The notes: generated by a model from the letters alone, not told the origin. A stretch of DNA of 47,374 nt from Omnitrophica bacterium RIFCSPLOWO2_12_FULL_50_11 (GCA_001804315.1 MHFT01000044.1:15576-62949); one strand, 5' to 3'. Shown: positions 35,425-45,780, numbered from the stretch's first letter. A program made the numbers and translations.

Positions 35425-37488
35425 GTGGCGAAGAATTTAGTTATCGTTGAATCACCTGCAAAAGCAGGTACCCTTCATAAATTTTTGGGGCCGGGTTATC
35501 AAATCGAAGCTTCCTATGGACATGTCCGCGACCTGCCGAAAAGCAAAATGGGGGTAGACCTCGAAAATGGTTTTAAGCCCCATTACGTCATTCCTCAGAA
35601 GTCTAAAAAAGTGGTCCATCGCCTCCAGCAGCAAGCGAAGAAGGCGAGAGCAATTTACTTAGCACCCGATCCCGACCGAGAGGGTGAAGCGATCAGTTGG
35701 CATTTAGCGCACTTGTTCGCGGAGAATTCTAAAGCGATCTGGCGCGTGGCATTTAATGAGATCACGCGAGACGCAGTCCTGCAGGCGTTCGAACAGCCGC
35801 GCCGTATCGACCAAAAGTTGGTGGATGCGCAACAGGCGCGCCGCGTGCTCGATCGGATTGTGGGGTATGAATTAAGCCCTCTGCTTTGGAAAAAAGTAGG
35901 ACGCGGTTTAAGCGCAGGGCGTGTTCAATCCGTTGCGCTCCGTTTGATCGTTGAACGAGAGCGCGAAGTCAGGAAATTCAAGCCGGAAGAATATTGGTCC
36001 CTCGAGGCGCGGCTTTCCTCAGTGCAGCCCGCCGAGCGGGAAAAAGTTTTCAAAGCAAGGCTCGATCGAATCGGAAAAGCAAAAGTAGAACTTAAAAATG
36101 AGGCGGAAACACTTGAGCTCAAAGCTTTCATCGAGAAACAAGTGTTCCGCGTCGTCTCGATCCGGAAAAACGAGCGCCGGCGCCGGCCGCAAGCCCCGTA
36201 CAGCACCAGCAAAATGCAGCAGGAGGCTTATGGGCGGCTGGGATTTTCAGCGGCGAAGACGATGAGAATAGCACAGCAATTGTATGAGGGCGTTTCCTTG
36301 GGCGAAGAAGGAAGCATTGGGTTGATCACCTATATGCGTACCGATTCGGTGAACATCGCTCAATCTGCGCGTGAAGAAGCGCGGCGATACATTGGGGAAC
36401 ATTTTGGCCGTGACTATCTTCCTAAGATCCCGAATGTCTATCGTTCAAAGAAAGGAGCGCAAGAAGCGCACGAAGCCATTCGGCCGACTTCTGTCTATCA
36501 GCATCCGGACAAGATCAAGCGTTATCTTAATCCCGATCAATTCAAATTGTATGACTTAATTTGGCGCAAGTTTGTGGCATCACAAATGACCGTTGCCGTT
36601 GATCTTGTCACCTCCATTGAGATCCTGGCAGGAACCGAACATTTCTTCAAGGCGACCGGTACACGAAATTTATTTTCTGGTTTTTCAGCCGTTTTTGGCG
36701 ATTTGAGCAAAGCAGTCAAGAAGGACCAGAAACGAGATGAGGAAGAGAGCGCTCAGGAATTTCCTGAGCTCGTGCAAAATGAGGAGCTCAAGTGCCATGA
36801 ATTGATTGGCAATCAGCATTTTACGAAACCGCCTCCGCGCTTTAACGACGCAAGTCTCGTGAAAGTCCTCGAGGAAAAAGGAATCGGACGGCCGAGTACT
36901 TATGCGCCGATTATCTACACGCTCCTTACGCGTGGTTACGTCGAGCGCAAAAGCGGGGCGCTTATCCCGATGGAACTGGCGGAGATCGTGATCACGCTTT
37001 TGGTAAAGCATTTTCCGTCTATTTTGGATGTGAAGTTTACCGCTTTGATGGAAGAGGAACTCGACAAAATCGAAGAAGGGATGGTCGACTGGGTGAAGGT
37101 ACTGGAAAACTTCCACAAACCCTTTCGCGAGCGGCTTGCCGAAGCGAAAGAAATGATGAAAAACGTGAAGCGCGAAGCGGTTCCGGCTCATGAGGACTGT
37201 AAGGAATGCGGAAAGCCCATGCTGATCAAATGGGGCCGTTTCGGCAAGTTTATTGCCTGTTCTGGTTTTCCAAAATGCCGGAATACAAAGCCAATTTCGA
37301 CGGATGTACCGTGCCCGAAAGACGACTGCGGCGGTTATTTGGTCAAACGGAGGGGTAAAAAGGGGCGAAGTTTTTACGGTTGTTCCAAATATCCGGGTTG
37401 TAATTTCACGGCGAACCAACTTCCCGCGAGGGCTCCTTCCGGAAATGAGAAACCGCCAGAAGCCGATGAGATCGATGAAAATGTTTAA
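35425..37488 (+). CDS. topA: DNA topoisomerase I
   Basis: LVIVESPAKA, DPDREGE, SAGRVQS, ITYMRTDS, GIGRPSTYA, C-terminal Zn ribbons. Confidence 0.98.
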   Translation: MAKNLVIVESPAKAGTLHKFLGPGYQIEASYGHVRDLPKSKMGVDLENGFKPHYVIPQKSKKVVHRLQQQAKKARAIYLAPDPDREGEAISWHLAHLFAENSKAIWRVAFNEITRDAVLQAFEQPRRIDQKLVDAQQARRVLDRIVGYELSPLLWKKVGRGLSAGRVQSVALRLIVEREREVRKFKPEEYWSLEARLSSVQPAEREKVFKARLDRIGKAKVELKNEAETLELKAFIEKQVFRVVSIRKNERRRRPQAPYSTSKMQQEAYGRLGFSAAKTMRIAQQLYEGVSLGEEGSIGLITYMRTDSVNIAQSAREEARRYIGEHFGRDYLPKIPNVYRSKKGAQEAHEAIRPTSVYQHPDKIKRYLNPDQFKLYDLIWRKFVASQMTVAVDLVTSIEILAGTEHFFKATGTRNLFSGFSAVFGDLSKAVKKDQKRDEEESAQEFPELVQNEELKCHELIGNQHFTKPPPRFNDASLVKVLEEKGIGRPSTYAPIIYTLLTRGYVERKSGALIPMELAEIVITLLVKHFPSILDVKFTALMEEELDKIEEGMVDWVKVLENFHKPFRERLAEAKEMMKNVKREAVPAHEDCKECGKPMLIKWGRFGKFIACSGFPKCRNTKPISTDVPCPKDDCGGYLVKRRGKKGRSFYGCSKYPGCNFTANQLPARAPSGNEKPPEADEIDENV

Positions 37489-37497
37489 GACGCACTG

Positions 37498-38370
37498 ATG
37501 GAAACATCCATTAACCGGTTCTTGAGGTTTCTCGACGCTGAGAAGAACGCCTCGCCTCATACGATTAAAAATTATGGCAGTGACCTGAGAGAATTTAACC
37601 GATTTGTTGGAAAAAAGTCGCCCGCCGAAATCGATTATCTGACGGTTCGCAGATTTTTAGCTTACCTCCGGGAAAAGAACGCTTTGAAAAGTACGATCTC
37701 ACGGAAGCTCGCATGCTTAAAGTCGTTCTTTAAATATCTCACACGTGAGCGCGTGTTAGAATCAAATCCGGCAAGCGGAATCGCGACACCTAAGCGGGAG
37801 CGACGGTTGCCCGCAGTTCTCGATGTGAGCGAAGTGGAGCAGTTGATTGAAGCGATAACGGGTGATTCCTGGGAAATCAAACGGGATCGAGCGATTCTAG
37901 AGGTCCTTTACGGATCGGGGATACGGGCTGGCGAGCTCGTCGGATTAGACGTGGAGGATATTGATTTGCTCAGTGGCATGGTTAAAGTTCGCGGCAAGGG
38001 TAAGAAGGAACGAATGGTTCCCATCGGCTCCTGTGCGGTGGAAGCCGTGAAGTCTTATTTGGATGTCCTCCCGTCCGGTTCGGACGGTCGATCAGGGCCT
38101 TTGTTCGTCAATCGTCGGGGATTACGACTTACCGACCGAAGTGTGCGTCGTATTATTGTCCAATGCGGGAAGAAAGCGGCCTTAAAAAAGGAAATTTCAC
38201 CTCATACGTTGCGGCACACATTTGCAACCCATCTCCTCGACCGCGGCGCCGACCTGCGAAGCGTTCAAGAGCTGCTCGGCCATGTCTATCTTTCAACGAC
38301 TCAGATTTACACCCACGTCTCTGCCAGCCGGCTTCGGGAAGCGTATGTGCACGCTCATCCGCGAGCTTAA
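37498..38370 (+). CDS. xerC: tyrosine recombinase XerC/XerD family
   Basis: SGIRAGE, GKGKKER, PHTLRHTFATH, LLGH, TQIYTH; follows topA. Confidence 0.88.
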   Translation: METSINRFLRFLDAEKNASPHTIKNYGSDLREFNRFVGKKSPAEIDYLTVRRFLAYLREKNALKSTISRKLACLKSFFKYLTRERVLESNPASGIATPKRERRLPAVLDVSEVEQLIEAITGDSWEIKRDRAILEVLYGSGIRAGELVGLDVEDIDLLSGMVKVRGKGKKERMVPIGSCAVEAVKSYLDVLPSGSDGRSGPLFVNRRGLRLTDRSVRRIIVQCGKKAALKKEISPHTLRHTFATHLLDRGADLRSVQELLGHVYLSTTQIYTHVSASRLREAYVHAHPRA

Positions 38371-38418
38371 AGGTTTCCCTTACCTGACCTCGCTTGGTAA
38401 ACGAAGGCGGAAAGGGCT

Positions 38419-39834
38419 GTGAACGTGATGACCCTAGTTTATGATCTTTTGTTTCTTGTGTTTGCTATTCTTTCGATCCCCAAGTTCCTTCTTCGTTTGA
38501 ATCAGGCAGAGGACTGGATCGATATGTTTTCCGAGCGTTTCGGTCGATTCCGAAAATCTTTCGACGATCAATTTTCCGGAAAGAAGGTGGTATGGCTTCA
38601 TGCGGTGAGTGTCGGCGAAGTGATGGCCTTGCGCCGGTGGATCCAGCTTTTTGGCGAGCGATATCCAGACTGGGTGCTGGCGTTGTCCGTGACGACACCG
38701 ACGGGACACGAGATTGCCAGCAAACTCTTTTCTGATCGAGCTGTTCTATTTTATGCGCCGTTTGATATCAGTTTTATTGTGCGGCGGTTTTTGCGCTTGA
38801 TTCAACCTAAGCTGATTTTGCTTATGGAAACCGAGATCTGGCCCAATCTGATTTCCCAAGCAGCACGCGCTGGCGTAACCGTTGGGATTTTGAACGGCCG
38901 GATTTCCGCGCGTTCGTTTCGGCGGTATTCCTTCGTGCGGTATTGGATGAGACCTATTGTCGGGAAACTTACGTTCTGTTTGGTACAGTCAGAACATGAT
39001 CGTGAGCGTTTTTTAAGATTGGGTATGAACAAGAGGCGGACGGCTGTATTGGGAAATATGAAATTTGATCAAATTGGATCGTGCGATCGTCATCCTAAGT
39101 CCTTCGCCGTCATCCTGAGCGGAGCAGCGGCTCAGGACAGGCTCCGCGAAGGATCTCGGACGGGATCCTTCGGCCCTTCGGGCCTCAGGATGACGGCTCA
39201 TGATGACGAGTTGGACACAAGCACCTCGGACCGTTTGGTGATCGTTGCCGGCAGCACGAGCTGGAATGAGGAGCAATTGCTTCTCGGCGTTTTTAAGCGT
39301 CTGCGCCAGTCCTTTCAGCGTTTACAACTTGTTTTGGCTCCGCGTCATCCAGAACAGATTTCTAAAGTACTCCGTGCTGTTAAGGCGGCCCAATTGCCTG
39401 TTCAACTTTTTTCGAAGAGCAGAGGAGCGGAATTTTGTCCGATTCTCCTGGTAGATCAGATGGGTATTTTAGCGTCTCTTTATCGTCGGGCGCACATTGT
39501 GTTCGTTGGGGGCAGCCTGGTTCGCCGCGGTGGTCAGAATCCAATTGAAGCAGCGGTCTTTAGAAAGCCATTGGTTCATGGGCCGCACGTATTTAATTTT
39601 TCCGCCGTTTACCAAGCGCTTGATGAACGAGACGCAGCGATTTGTGTTCATTCGGAGGACGAATTGTTTCAGAAGTTCAAGGTGCTTTTAGAGCAACCCG
39701 AGCTTCGAGAGCGGATGGGGAACGAAGCTTTTCGTGTGGTTCAAACGATGAAAGGAGCTACGATGCGAACCATGGATTTTTTGAGCCGTTGGATACGGTC
39801 TGACGAGCCTGTTCAGACGATGGTGCAGTCGTGA
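38419..39834 (+). CDS. waaA: Kdo transferase with an in-frame palindromic insertion in the interdomain linker
   Basis: WLHAVSVGE, ETEIWPN, GNMKFD, AGST, LAPRHPE, GGQNPIE. Confidence 0.93.
   Translation: MNVMTLVYDLLFLVFAILSIPKFLLRLNQAEDWIDMFSERFGRFRKSFDDQFSGKKVVWLHAVSVGEVMALRRWIQLFGERYPDWVLALSVTTPTGHEIASKLFSDRAVLFYAPFDISFIVRRFLRLIQPKLILLMETEIWPNLISQAARAGVTVGILNGRISARSFRRYSFVRYWMRPIVGKLTFCLVQSEHDRERFLRLGMNKRRTAVLGNMKFDQIGSCDRHPKSFAVILSGAAAQDRLREGSRTGSFGPSGLRMTAHDDELDTSTSDRLVIVAGSTSWNEEQLLLGVFKRLRQSFQRLQLVLAPRHPEQISKVLRAVKAAQLPVQLFSKSRGAEFCPILLVDQMGILASLYRRAHIVFVGGSLVRRGGQNPIEAAVFRKPLVHGPHVFNFSAVYQALDERDAAICVHSEDELFQKFKVLLEQPELRERMGNEAFRVVQTMKGATMRTMDFLSRWIRSDEPVQTMVQS
39088..39195. mobile_element. 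108-bp palindromic element (RPE/REP-like) in frame within waaA
   Basis: GTCATCCT...GAAGGATC/GATCCTTC...CTCAGGATGAC; perfect 14-bp arms at 39106-39119 and 39184-39197; inner hairpins. Confidence 0.75.
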
Positions 39835-40949
39835 CGTGGCGGAATTATTTCCGGCTGCTTGCGGAAGACAAATTGTATTCAAGCCCCTGGACCTGGCTTT
39901 GGAAACCTCTTCTAAAAATTGCGTCCTGGTTCTATGGATTTGGATTTCGTTTACATCAGGGAAGCTACAGCATTGGAATTTTCAAGCGCCGCGCTTTTGA
40001 CCGACCTGTCATCAGTGTAGGAAACGTTGCGTGGGGCGGTACGGGAAAGACACCGTTGGTGGAATATGTGTCGCGTTTCTATCTGGGGCGCAGAAAAGTT
40101 CCGCTCATTCTGGCTCGCGGCTATGGTTCGGATGAAAGTAAAGAGTTGGCACAGAAGCTTCCGGATGCGCAGTTCGGATTTGGAAAAAACCGTCTTGAGG
40201 CGGGGCGAAAAACGTTGGCCGCACATCCAGCGGATGTCATTATTTTAGACGACGGTTTCCAACATTGGCCGATCAAGCGGGATTTGGAAGTTGTCGTCAT
40301 TAATACGCTGAACCCATTCGGTAATGGTTCTTTGGTCCCGCGCGGAATCTTAAGGGAGCCGCTCACATGTTTGCAGCGTGCTTCATTGCTGATCTTGAAC
40401 GACGTGAATTTAGTGGCACGCCAAGAAGTTGAGGCGCTGAAAAGCAAGATTCGCCAGATCGCTCCACAGATCGATTTTGTCGAAGCCTATCATGAGCCGC
40501 TTTATTTTTACCGTCCTCATTCCGGCGAACGGATTTATTTCGACCGCATGGAAGGCAGGCGCGTGACAACCTTTTCAGGAATCGGCACCCCACGCTCCTT
40601 TCAGATTACGTTAAATCGTTTAGACATCAAAGTGATACGGAACTTTGAATTCTCGGATCATCATTTCTTTACGGAACAGGAGTTAAAAGAGATCCGAGAG
40701 ACCAAGGAGCTTAGCGAATCTGAAGAGGTGGTGACCACGGAGAAAGATTACTTTCGGTGCGAAGACAAGATCAAGATCATACTGAGACCGCTGATCTTAA
40801 AAGTTCGGTTGGTTGTGTCATCAAGAGAAGCCCTGCTTCATGAACACTTGGAACGTTTGATTGCAGGTGGATTAGAAATGGAACGTAGGGACGCTGTCTC
40901 TATGCCCAGCGCCGGCGCGGAAAAACACGCTCCATCATCGGGTGAGTAA
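39831..40949 (+). CDS. lpxK: tetraacyldisaccharide 4'-kinase
   Basis: ISVGNVAWGGTGKTP, RGYG, DDGFQH, GILREP, FSDHH, TTEKD. Confidence 0.95.
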   Translation: MTWRNYFRLLAEDKLYSSPWTWLWKPLLKIASWFYGFGFRLHQGSYSIGIFKRRAFDRPVISVGNVAWGGTGKTPLVEYVSRFYLGRRKVPLILARGYGSDESKELAQKLPDAQFGFGKNRLEAGRKTLAAHPADVIILDDGFQHWPIKRDLEVVVINTLNPFGNGSLVPRGILREPLTCLQRASLLILNDVNLVARQEVEALKSKIRQIAPQIDFVEAYHEPLYFYRPHSGERIYFDRMEGRRVTTFSGIGTPRSFQITLNRLDIKVIRNFEFSDHHFFTEQELKEIRETKELSESEEVVTTEKDYFRCEDKIKIILRPLILKVRLVVSSREALLHEHLERLIAGGLEMERRDAVSMPSAGAEKHAPSSGE

Positions 40950-40978
40950 ACGGTGTCAATCGTTAAAACGTCTCGAAG

Positions 40979-42931
40979 ATGAAGCTGCTAGAAGCAGTTA
41001 CTGTCACAGTTCTTCGTAGCTTGAGTCGGTTGGTTCAAGCGATGCCCCTCGAGACGGCCCTCGCGTGTGGCCACGCCGCAGCTCAGGTGATCGCGAGAAT
41101 ACATCCAAGACGCCGCATCGCATACGTCAATTTAAAAGCGGCATTTGGAAACCGCTATTCTGCAAAAGAACGCAAGGTGTTGGTTCAAAAGAACATCGCT
41201 CATCTATCACAAAACGCCGTCGAGATGCTTCGATTCTCCAAAATGGATCTTGACTATTATCGAACGTACATCACCTTCGTGAACCGTGAGCGGTATGAAC
41301 AAGCGATTCGCGATGAGAAGGGCGCGGTCTTGATGACGGCCCATTTTGGGAACTGGGAGCTCACGCAAATTGTTTCTTGCGTCCTTGGGAAGCCGCTCTA
41401 CGTGCTTGCGAGACAGCAGAAGCACGCACAACTGGATGATTTCTTAAACGAGCTGCGTTCGGCCCACGGCTCGGTCGCCATACCAAAAGGGAACCGGGTT
41501 CGGGACCTCGTCCGCGTGCTTCGTGCGAACGGTGTGATTGGCGCTTTAGGAGACCTTTCTGGCGGCCGGGATGGCGCGAGGGTCCGTTTTTTTGGCCGCA
41601 GGACAACAGCCCCTTCAGGTATTTTCTGGATCGCGCAACAGACTGGTTCCTTGATCTTCCCTTGTTTCATGGTTCGAGAAAACGGCGCTCATCACCGACT
41701 CTTTGTTGAGGAACCTTTCGGTTTAGCTTCTTCCGGTGATGAGGAGCGCGATGTTCACGAGAGCCTTCGGAATTATTACCGGTTGCTCGAAACGTGGATT
41801 CTGCGGCATCCGGACCAGTGGTTCTGGCTCTACAAGCGTTGGAAATATTGTTTTACGAAGCGCATCCTCATCCTTCGCGACGATCGGCCCGGCCATCAAA
41901 ACCAAGTAGAAGCGATCGTGCGCGAATTTGAAGAGCTGCGTGCTCGTTTGTCCGAGGACTATGAATTCGAGTTTCAGCGTGTTGATATCAAGTTCAAAAG
42001 TGCTTGGCATCGGAGACTTTTTTTTATCGTTGCTCTTTTCTTTTTACCCTTTGCTCAGTCCCGCCTTCACATTTTGAGTTTTTTTCTCGAACCCGAGTGT
42101 GCTCGAATTTTACGGGACGCGCATGCAGACCTGATTCTTTCCGCGGGATCGAGTCTGGCGCCATTAAATCTCGTGCTCAAGCGCGAAAATCTTGCTCGCT
42201 CGATCGCTGTCATGAAACCTCCTTTTCCGTACGGGCCTCGAGGGTTTGACCTTTCGATTATTCCAGCTCATGACCGGTGGTTTCCGAGTTGTGGCCGCGT
42301 TGTTCGCACGGTGGTGTCTCCGAGCCGCGTCAATGATGAACTGCTTCAAAAATCTGGTGAGGCATTAAAACAGGCAATTAAGCTTAAAGCAGGTGATGTT
42401 TTGCGCATGAGCGTTTTTATTGGGGGGAGTACAGGAGGGTATCGTTTTGAAGCCGCTCAATTTCGAAAATGGTTGGGCGAACTGAAGTCGTGCAGCAAAG
42501 AAGCAGGCTATGATCTGCTCGTAACGACATCACGGCGGACTGATCCTGAAATGAGCGCGATAATCAAAGGCGAGTTAGCTCAATATCCTTCATGCAAGCT
42601 TTTGGTGATTGCCACTGAATCCAATTTGGATCATGTTGTATACGGAATGTTGGCGTTATCAGAGGTGGCCGTCGTCACCGAAGACAGTGTTTCGATGATC
42701 TCCGACGCTGTGCGTGCGGGAAAGCGCATTTTGGTGCTGCAGTTAGGAAATGGTAAGTTATCGAGAAAGCATAAGCGTTTTCAAGAAACGTTGGCATCTC
42801 AGGGCTTAGTCAACGTGGCCAATGTTTCAAATTTCCGCACGCAGCTCGAAGCGGTCTATAGTGCCAAAATCGAAAATGTCACACGTCACGAGTCAAAGCA
42901 TATTCAGGAATCACTGCGGAGCTTGCTATGA
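40979..42931 (+). CDS. fusion: lipid A late acyltransferase (LpxL/HtrB family) + ELM1-like putative glycosyltransferase
   Basis: N-half TAHFGNWE and PDQWFWLYKRWK; C-half DDRPGHQNQ, IIPAHD, IGG, TTSRRT, VTEDSVSMISDA. Confidence 0.85.
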   Translation: MKLLEAVTVTVLRSLSRLVQAMPLETALACGHAAAQVIARIHPRRRIAYVNLKAAFGNRYSAKERKVLVQKNIAHLSQNAVEMLRFSKMDLDYYRTYITFVNRERYEQAIRDEKGAVLMTAHFGNWELTQIVSCVLGKPLYVLARQQKHAQLDDFLNELRSAHGSVAIPKGNRVRDLVRVLRANGVIGALGDLSGGRDGARVRFFGRRTTAPSGIFWIAQQTGSLIFPCFMVRENGAHHRLFVEEPFGLASSGDEERDVHESLRNYYRLLETWILRHPDQWFWLYKRWKYCFTKRILILRDDRPGHQNQVEAIVREFEELRARLSEDYEFEFQRVDIKFKSAWHRRLFFIVALFFLPFAQSRLHILSFFLEPECARILRDAHADLILSAGSSLAPLNLVLKRENLARSIAVMKPPFPYGPRGFDLSIIPAHDRWFPSCGRVVRTVVSPSRVNDELLQKSGEALKQAIKLKAGDVLRMSVFIGGSTGGYRFEAAQFRKWLGELKSCSKEAGYDLLVTTSRRTDPEMSAIIKGELAQYPSCKLLVIATESNLDHVVYGMLALSEVAVVTEDSVSMISDAVRAGKRILVLQLGNGKLSRKHKRFQETLASQGLVNVANVSNFRTQLEAVYSAKIENVTRHESKHIQESLRSLL

Positions 42932-45045
42932 GAATTGCGCAGATTTTGCCTGAGCTCAACGTCGGCGGCGTTGAGACGGGCACGGTCGATTTGGCGAAGG
43001 CACTTAAAAAACGAGGTCACGAGCCGTTTGTAATTTCAAATGGCGGAACCTTAGTGGATGAATTGGTCAAAGCGGGCATTCCTCATCTTCAGCTTCCGGT
43101 TCACCGAAAGTCGATTGTCTCACTTCGCCTCGTTCGAGAAATTGTCACGTTTATCGAGCGTGAGCGAATTGACGTGATTCACGCACGAAGCCGCGTTCCG
43201 GCTTGGCTTGCTTATCTGTCGGTCAGGAGGACCGACTGCGACTTTGTGACGACGTGCCACGGTTACTACTCGAAGCACTTCTTGAGTCGAGTCATGGGAT
43301 GGGGAAAACGAGTGATTGTGATTTCTCACTCGATCGGGCGCAGGATGATCGACGATTTCGGCGTATCGCCGGGGCGGGTGAGGTTGATCCACCGCGGTGT
43401 TGACCTGAGCCAGTACCGATTCTCGCCTGACAAGTATGATCGGCCGCGTTCCGGGCCTTTTAAGATTATGAATGTGGGACGGATCACGCCGATCAAAGGT
43501 CATGGAGTATTCGTTCGGGCGGTTCATTTGCTCAGTAAGCGCCTTCAGAGTATTGAAGTTTCCATTGTCGGAGGTCCGGATCGGGGCAAAGAATCCTATC
43601 TGCAAGATTTGAAGACCATGGTCACTCGTCTTGGACTGGATTCGCACGTCAAATTTCTTGGTGTCCGGAAAGATGTCCCGGAACTCATCCGAGAAGCAGA
43701 TCTTTTGGTACTCGCATCGACGATTCCGGAAGCTTTTGGCCGTGTCCTGATTGAAGCAGGAGCCGTTGGTACGGCTTGCATGGCGTCACGGATCGGCGGG
43801 ATTTTAGACATTATCGATGAGGAGGAAAACGGTCTTTTATTTTCGCCGGAAAACTTTGAAGAAATGGCGATCACCATGGAACGCCTCCTCAAGGATCGTA
43901 TGCTCGCGAAACGATTGGCTTTGAGGCTCCGCGCCAAAGTTGAGCGTGAGTTCACGCTTGAAAAGATGGTGGATAAAACGTGTCAGGTGTATGAAGAGGT
44001 CAGGCGCGAAAAAAAAGTTCTCATTACCAAATTAGGTGCCATGGGAGATTTGATTCTTGCGGTGCCCAGTTTTCGGATGATTCGACAACGAATTCCACAT
44101 GCCTATATTGCCCTCCTCGTCGATTCGAAACTAATGCCTTTGATTCAGAAATGCCCTTATGTGGATGAATTCATCGCCTATGATCGCTCTCGAACCTCCT
44201 CGAGTTGGAAGAGAATTTCGATGACCGGGAAATGGCTGCGTGGTCGGAGCTTTGACTTGTGTATTGACCTGCAAAATACCTGGAGGACACACGTTCTTGC
44301 TTTCCTAGCACGCATTCCAAAACGTTACGGCTACCGTCGTGGTATGGCAGGGTTTTTACTAACCCATCCGGTCGTGTATTGGGATCATCAGCTCGGTCCT
44401 GTTGCCCATCAATTTCAAGTCTTGAAGCGGGTGGGGATCACGCACATGGATGACCGCATGGAGCTGTGGCTGGAACCGCAGGCGGACAGAGAAATCACGG
44501 AGCGCTTTGAGCGAGCCGGTGTTTTGCACTCGAAGCATCTCGTTGGTTTCGTCTTGGGGGCAAGTCGGCGTTGGCCAACCAAACAGTGGCCGGTCGACTA
44601 TTTTTTGGAATTGTCGAGACGGCTGATCCGCCGATTCGAATGCCACATCGTTTTAATCGGAACGGTTGAGGATCAAAAGCTTGCCGAAGTTTTCTCCGGA
44701 GCACGATCGAATCATGTGCTTAACGAAACAGGCAACACAACGGAGATGCAGCTCGTCAGTTTGATTAAGCGGCTTGATGTCCTGGTGACGGGCGATACCG
44801 CTCCCCTTCATGTCGCAAGTGCTGTCGGCACCAAGACCGTTGCCTTATTTGGTCCTACGGACCCCAAGCGTCATATGCCTTCCGGGAATGGCCACGTTGC
44901 TTTGGTGAAGCGGATCCCATGTCAACCGTGTTACCGCGGGACATGTAAAAATAAGGTACAACTACAGTGCCTTCGCGAAATCACCGTGGATGAAGTTTTC
45001 CATGTAGTGACCCAGCATCTTCGTGAGCCGATCCGTCAGAAGTGA
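42928..45045 (+). CDS. fusion: GT4 glycosyltransferase + GT9 heptosyltransferase-like domain
   Basis: GGVE, HARSRVPAW, GRITPIKG, EAFGRVLIEA; then AMGDLIL, KQWP, DTAPLHVA, ALFGPT. Confidence 0.88.
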   Translation: MRIAQILPELNVGGVETGTVDLAKALKKRGHEPFVISNGGTLVDELVKAGIPHLQLPVHRKSIVSLRLVREIVTFIERERIDVIHARSRVPAWLAYLSVRRTDCDFVTTCHGYYSKHFLSRVMGWGKRVIVISHSIGRRMIDDFGVSPGRVRLIHRGVDLSQYRFSPDKYDRPRSGPFKIMNVGRITPIKGHGVFVRAVHLLSKRLQSIEVSIVGGPDRGKESYLQDLKTMVTRLGLDSHVKFLGVRKDVPELIREADLLVLASTIPEAFGRVLIEAGAVGTACMASRIGGILDIIDEEENGLLFSPENFEEMAITMERLLKDRMLAKRLALRLRAKVEREFTLEKMVDKTCQVYEEVRREKKVLITKLGAMGDLILAVPSFRMIRQRIPHAYIALLVDSKLMPLIQKCPYVDEFIAYDRSRTSSSWKRISMTGKWLRGRSFDLCIDLQNTWRTHVLAFLARIPKRYGYRRGMAGFLLTHPVVYWDHQLGPVAHQFQVLKRVGITHMDDRMELWLEPQADREITERFERAGVLHSKHLVGFVLGASRRWPTKQWPVDYFLELSRRLIRRFECHIVLIGTVEDQKLAEVFSGARSNHVLNETGNTTEMQLVSLIKRLDVLVTGDTAPLHVASAVGTKTVALFGPTDPKRHMPSGNGHVALVKRIPCQPCYRGTCKNKVQLQCLREITVDEVFHVVTQHLREPIRQK

Positions 45046-45107
45046 AATAGGAGAAGGTGCCTGGGGCCTTCTGTTGTGTGGTACAATGATTCGCTCGTTA
45101 AAAGGAG

Positions 45108-45623
45108 GTGAGCGGTCTGACCACGGCAGTCGAGACAGAAAAAGCCTACGTTTTGATCATCGATGACGACCCTCTTCTCACGAAAACCTTAAAAAAGGTG
45201 CTGGGAAGGGAAGGGTATTTTGTGGATACGGCTTCAAACGGTGAGGAGGGGATCAGGAAAGCAAAGAGCGGGTTTTTTCACTTGGTTCTCTGTGACATCC
45301 GGATGCCGGGTTTGGACGGTCTCATGACGATCCAGCACATCAAGGATTTCCAGAAAAAAGCCGGCGTTGGGAAGTCTGGATTTATCGTCATCACCGCCTA
45401 TGACAGTGATGAAAATAGGCAGAATGCCTTCCAACTGGGCGTGACTGATTTCCTCGTGAAGCCTTTTGACCTAGACAAGTTTCTTGGAGTCATAGAGCAC
45501 AATGCGTCGCCGCTGGCACAAGAAACGCCGATTGAGGAAGTCCAGAAACTGAATCAAAGACTGAAGAGGCTTCTTTCCGCCCTCCCTCATTATGATCAGC
45601 CGAAACCAAACCCTAGAACGTAG
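45108..45623 (+). CDS. single-domain response regulator (REC)
   Basis: IIDDD, DIRMPGLDG, ITAY, KPF; AAGGAG RBS; TGnTACAAT upstream. Confidence 0.9.
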   Translation: MSGLTTAVETEKAYVLIIDDDPLLTKTLKKVLGREGYFVDTASNGEEGIRKAKSGFFHLVLCDIRMPGLDGLMTIQHIKDFQKKAGVGKSGFIVITAYDSDENRQNAFQLGVTDFLVKPFDLDKFLGVIEHNASPLAQETPIEEVQKLNQRLKRLLSALPHYDQPKPNPRT

Positions 45624-45624
45624 G

Positions 45625-45660
45625 GGCGGCGCGCGGGGGCCTTGCGCGGCCGCCTTTTTT
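45625..45660 (+). terminator. rho-independent terminator candidate
   Basis: GC-rich stem ggcggc gcgc...gcgc ggccgcc followed by TTTTTT. Confidence 0.6.
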
Positions 45661-45780
45661 GTGGTGGCAGCCCGCCCATCGGCCTTTTTAGAGGGCGTTT
45701 TAACGTGCCCCTCATCCGTACAGAAATGCGGAATTTAGACGATTTATTTGGAAGGACATTTTGCCAGGAGAAAAACGGCT

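Noticed and set aside
22241-37560. Long antisense ORFs (e.g. 22241-23077, 30046-30627, 36685-37560)
   Set aside because: Shadow frames opposite well-supported genes, with no motifs of their own.
37498-38370. Prophage or island integrase
   Set aside because: Size, motifs and position after topA fit chromosomal XerC; no phage genes or att-like repeats were noticed.
45619-45712. GTAG-type REP doublet
   Set aside because: It begins GTAGGGGCG but the partner arm is degenerate; explained adequately as a terminator. Other GTAGGG hits (about 31682, 40885) lack clear hairpins.
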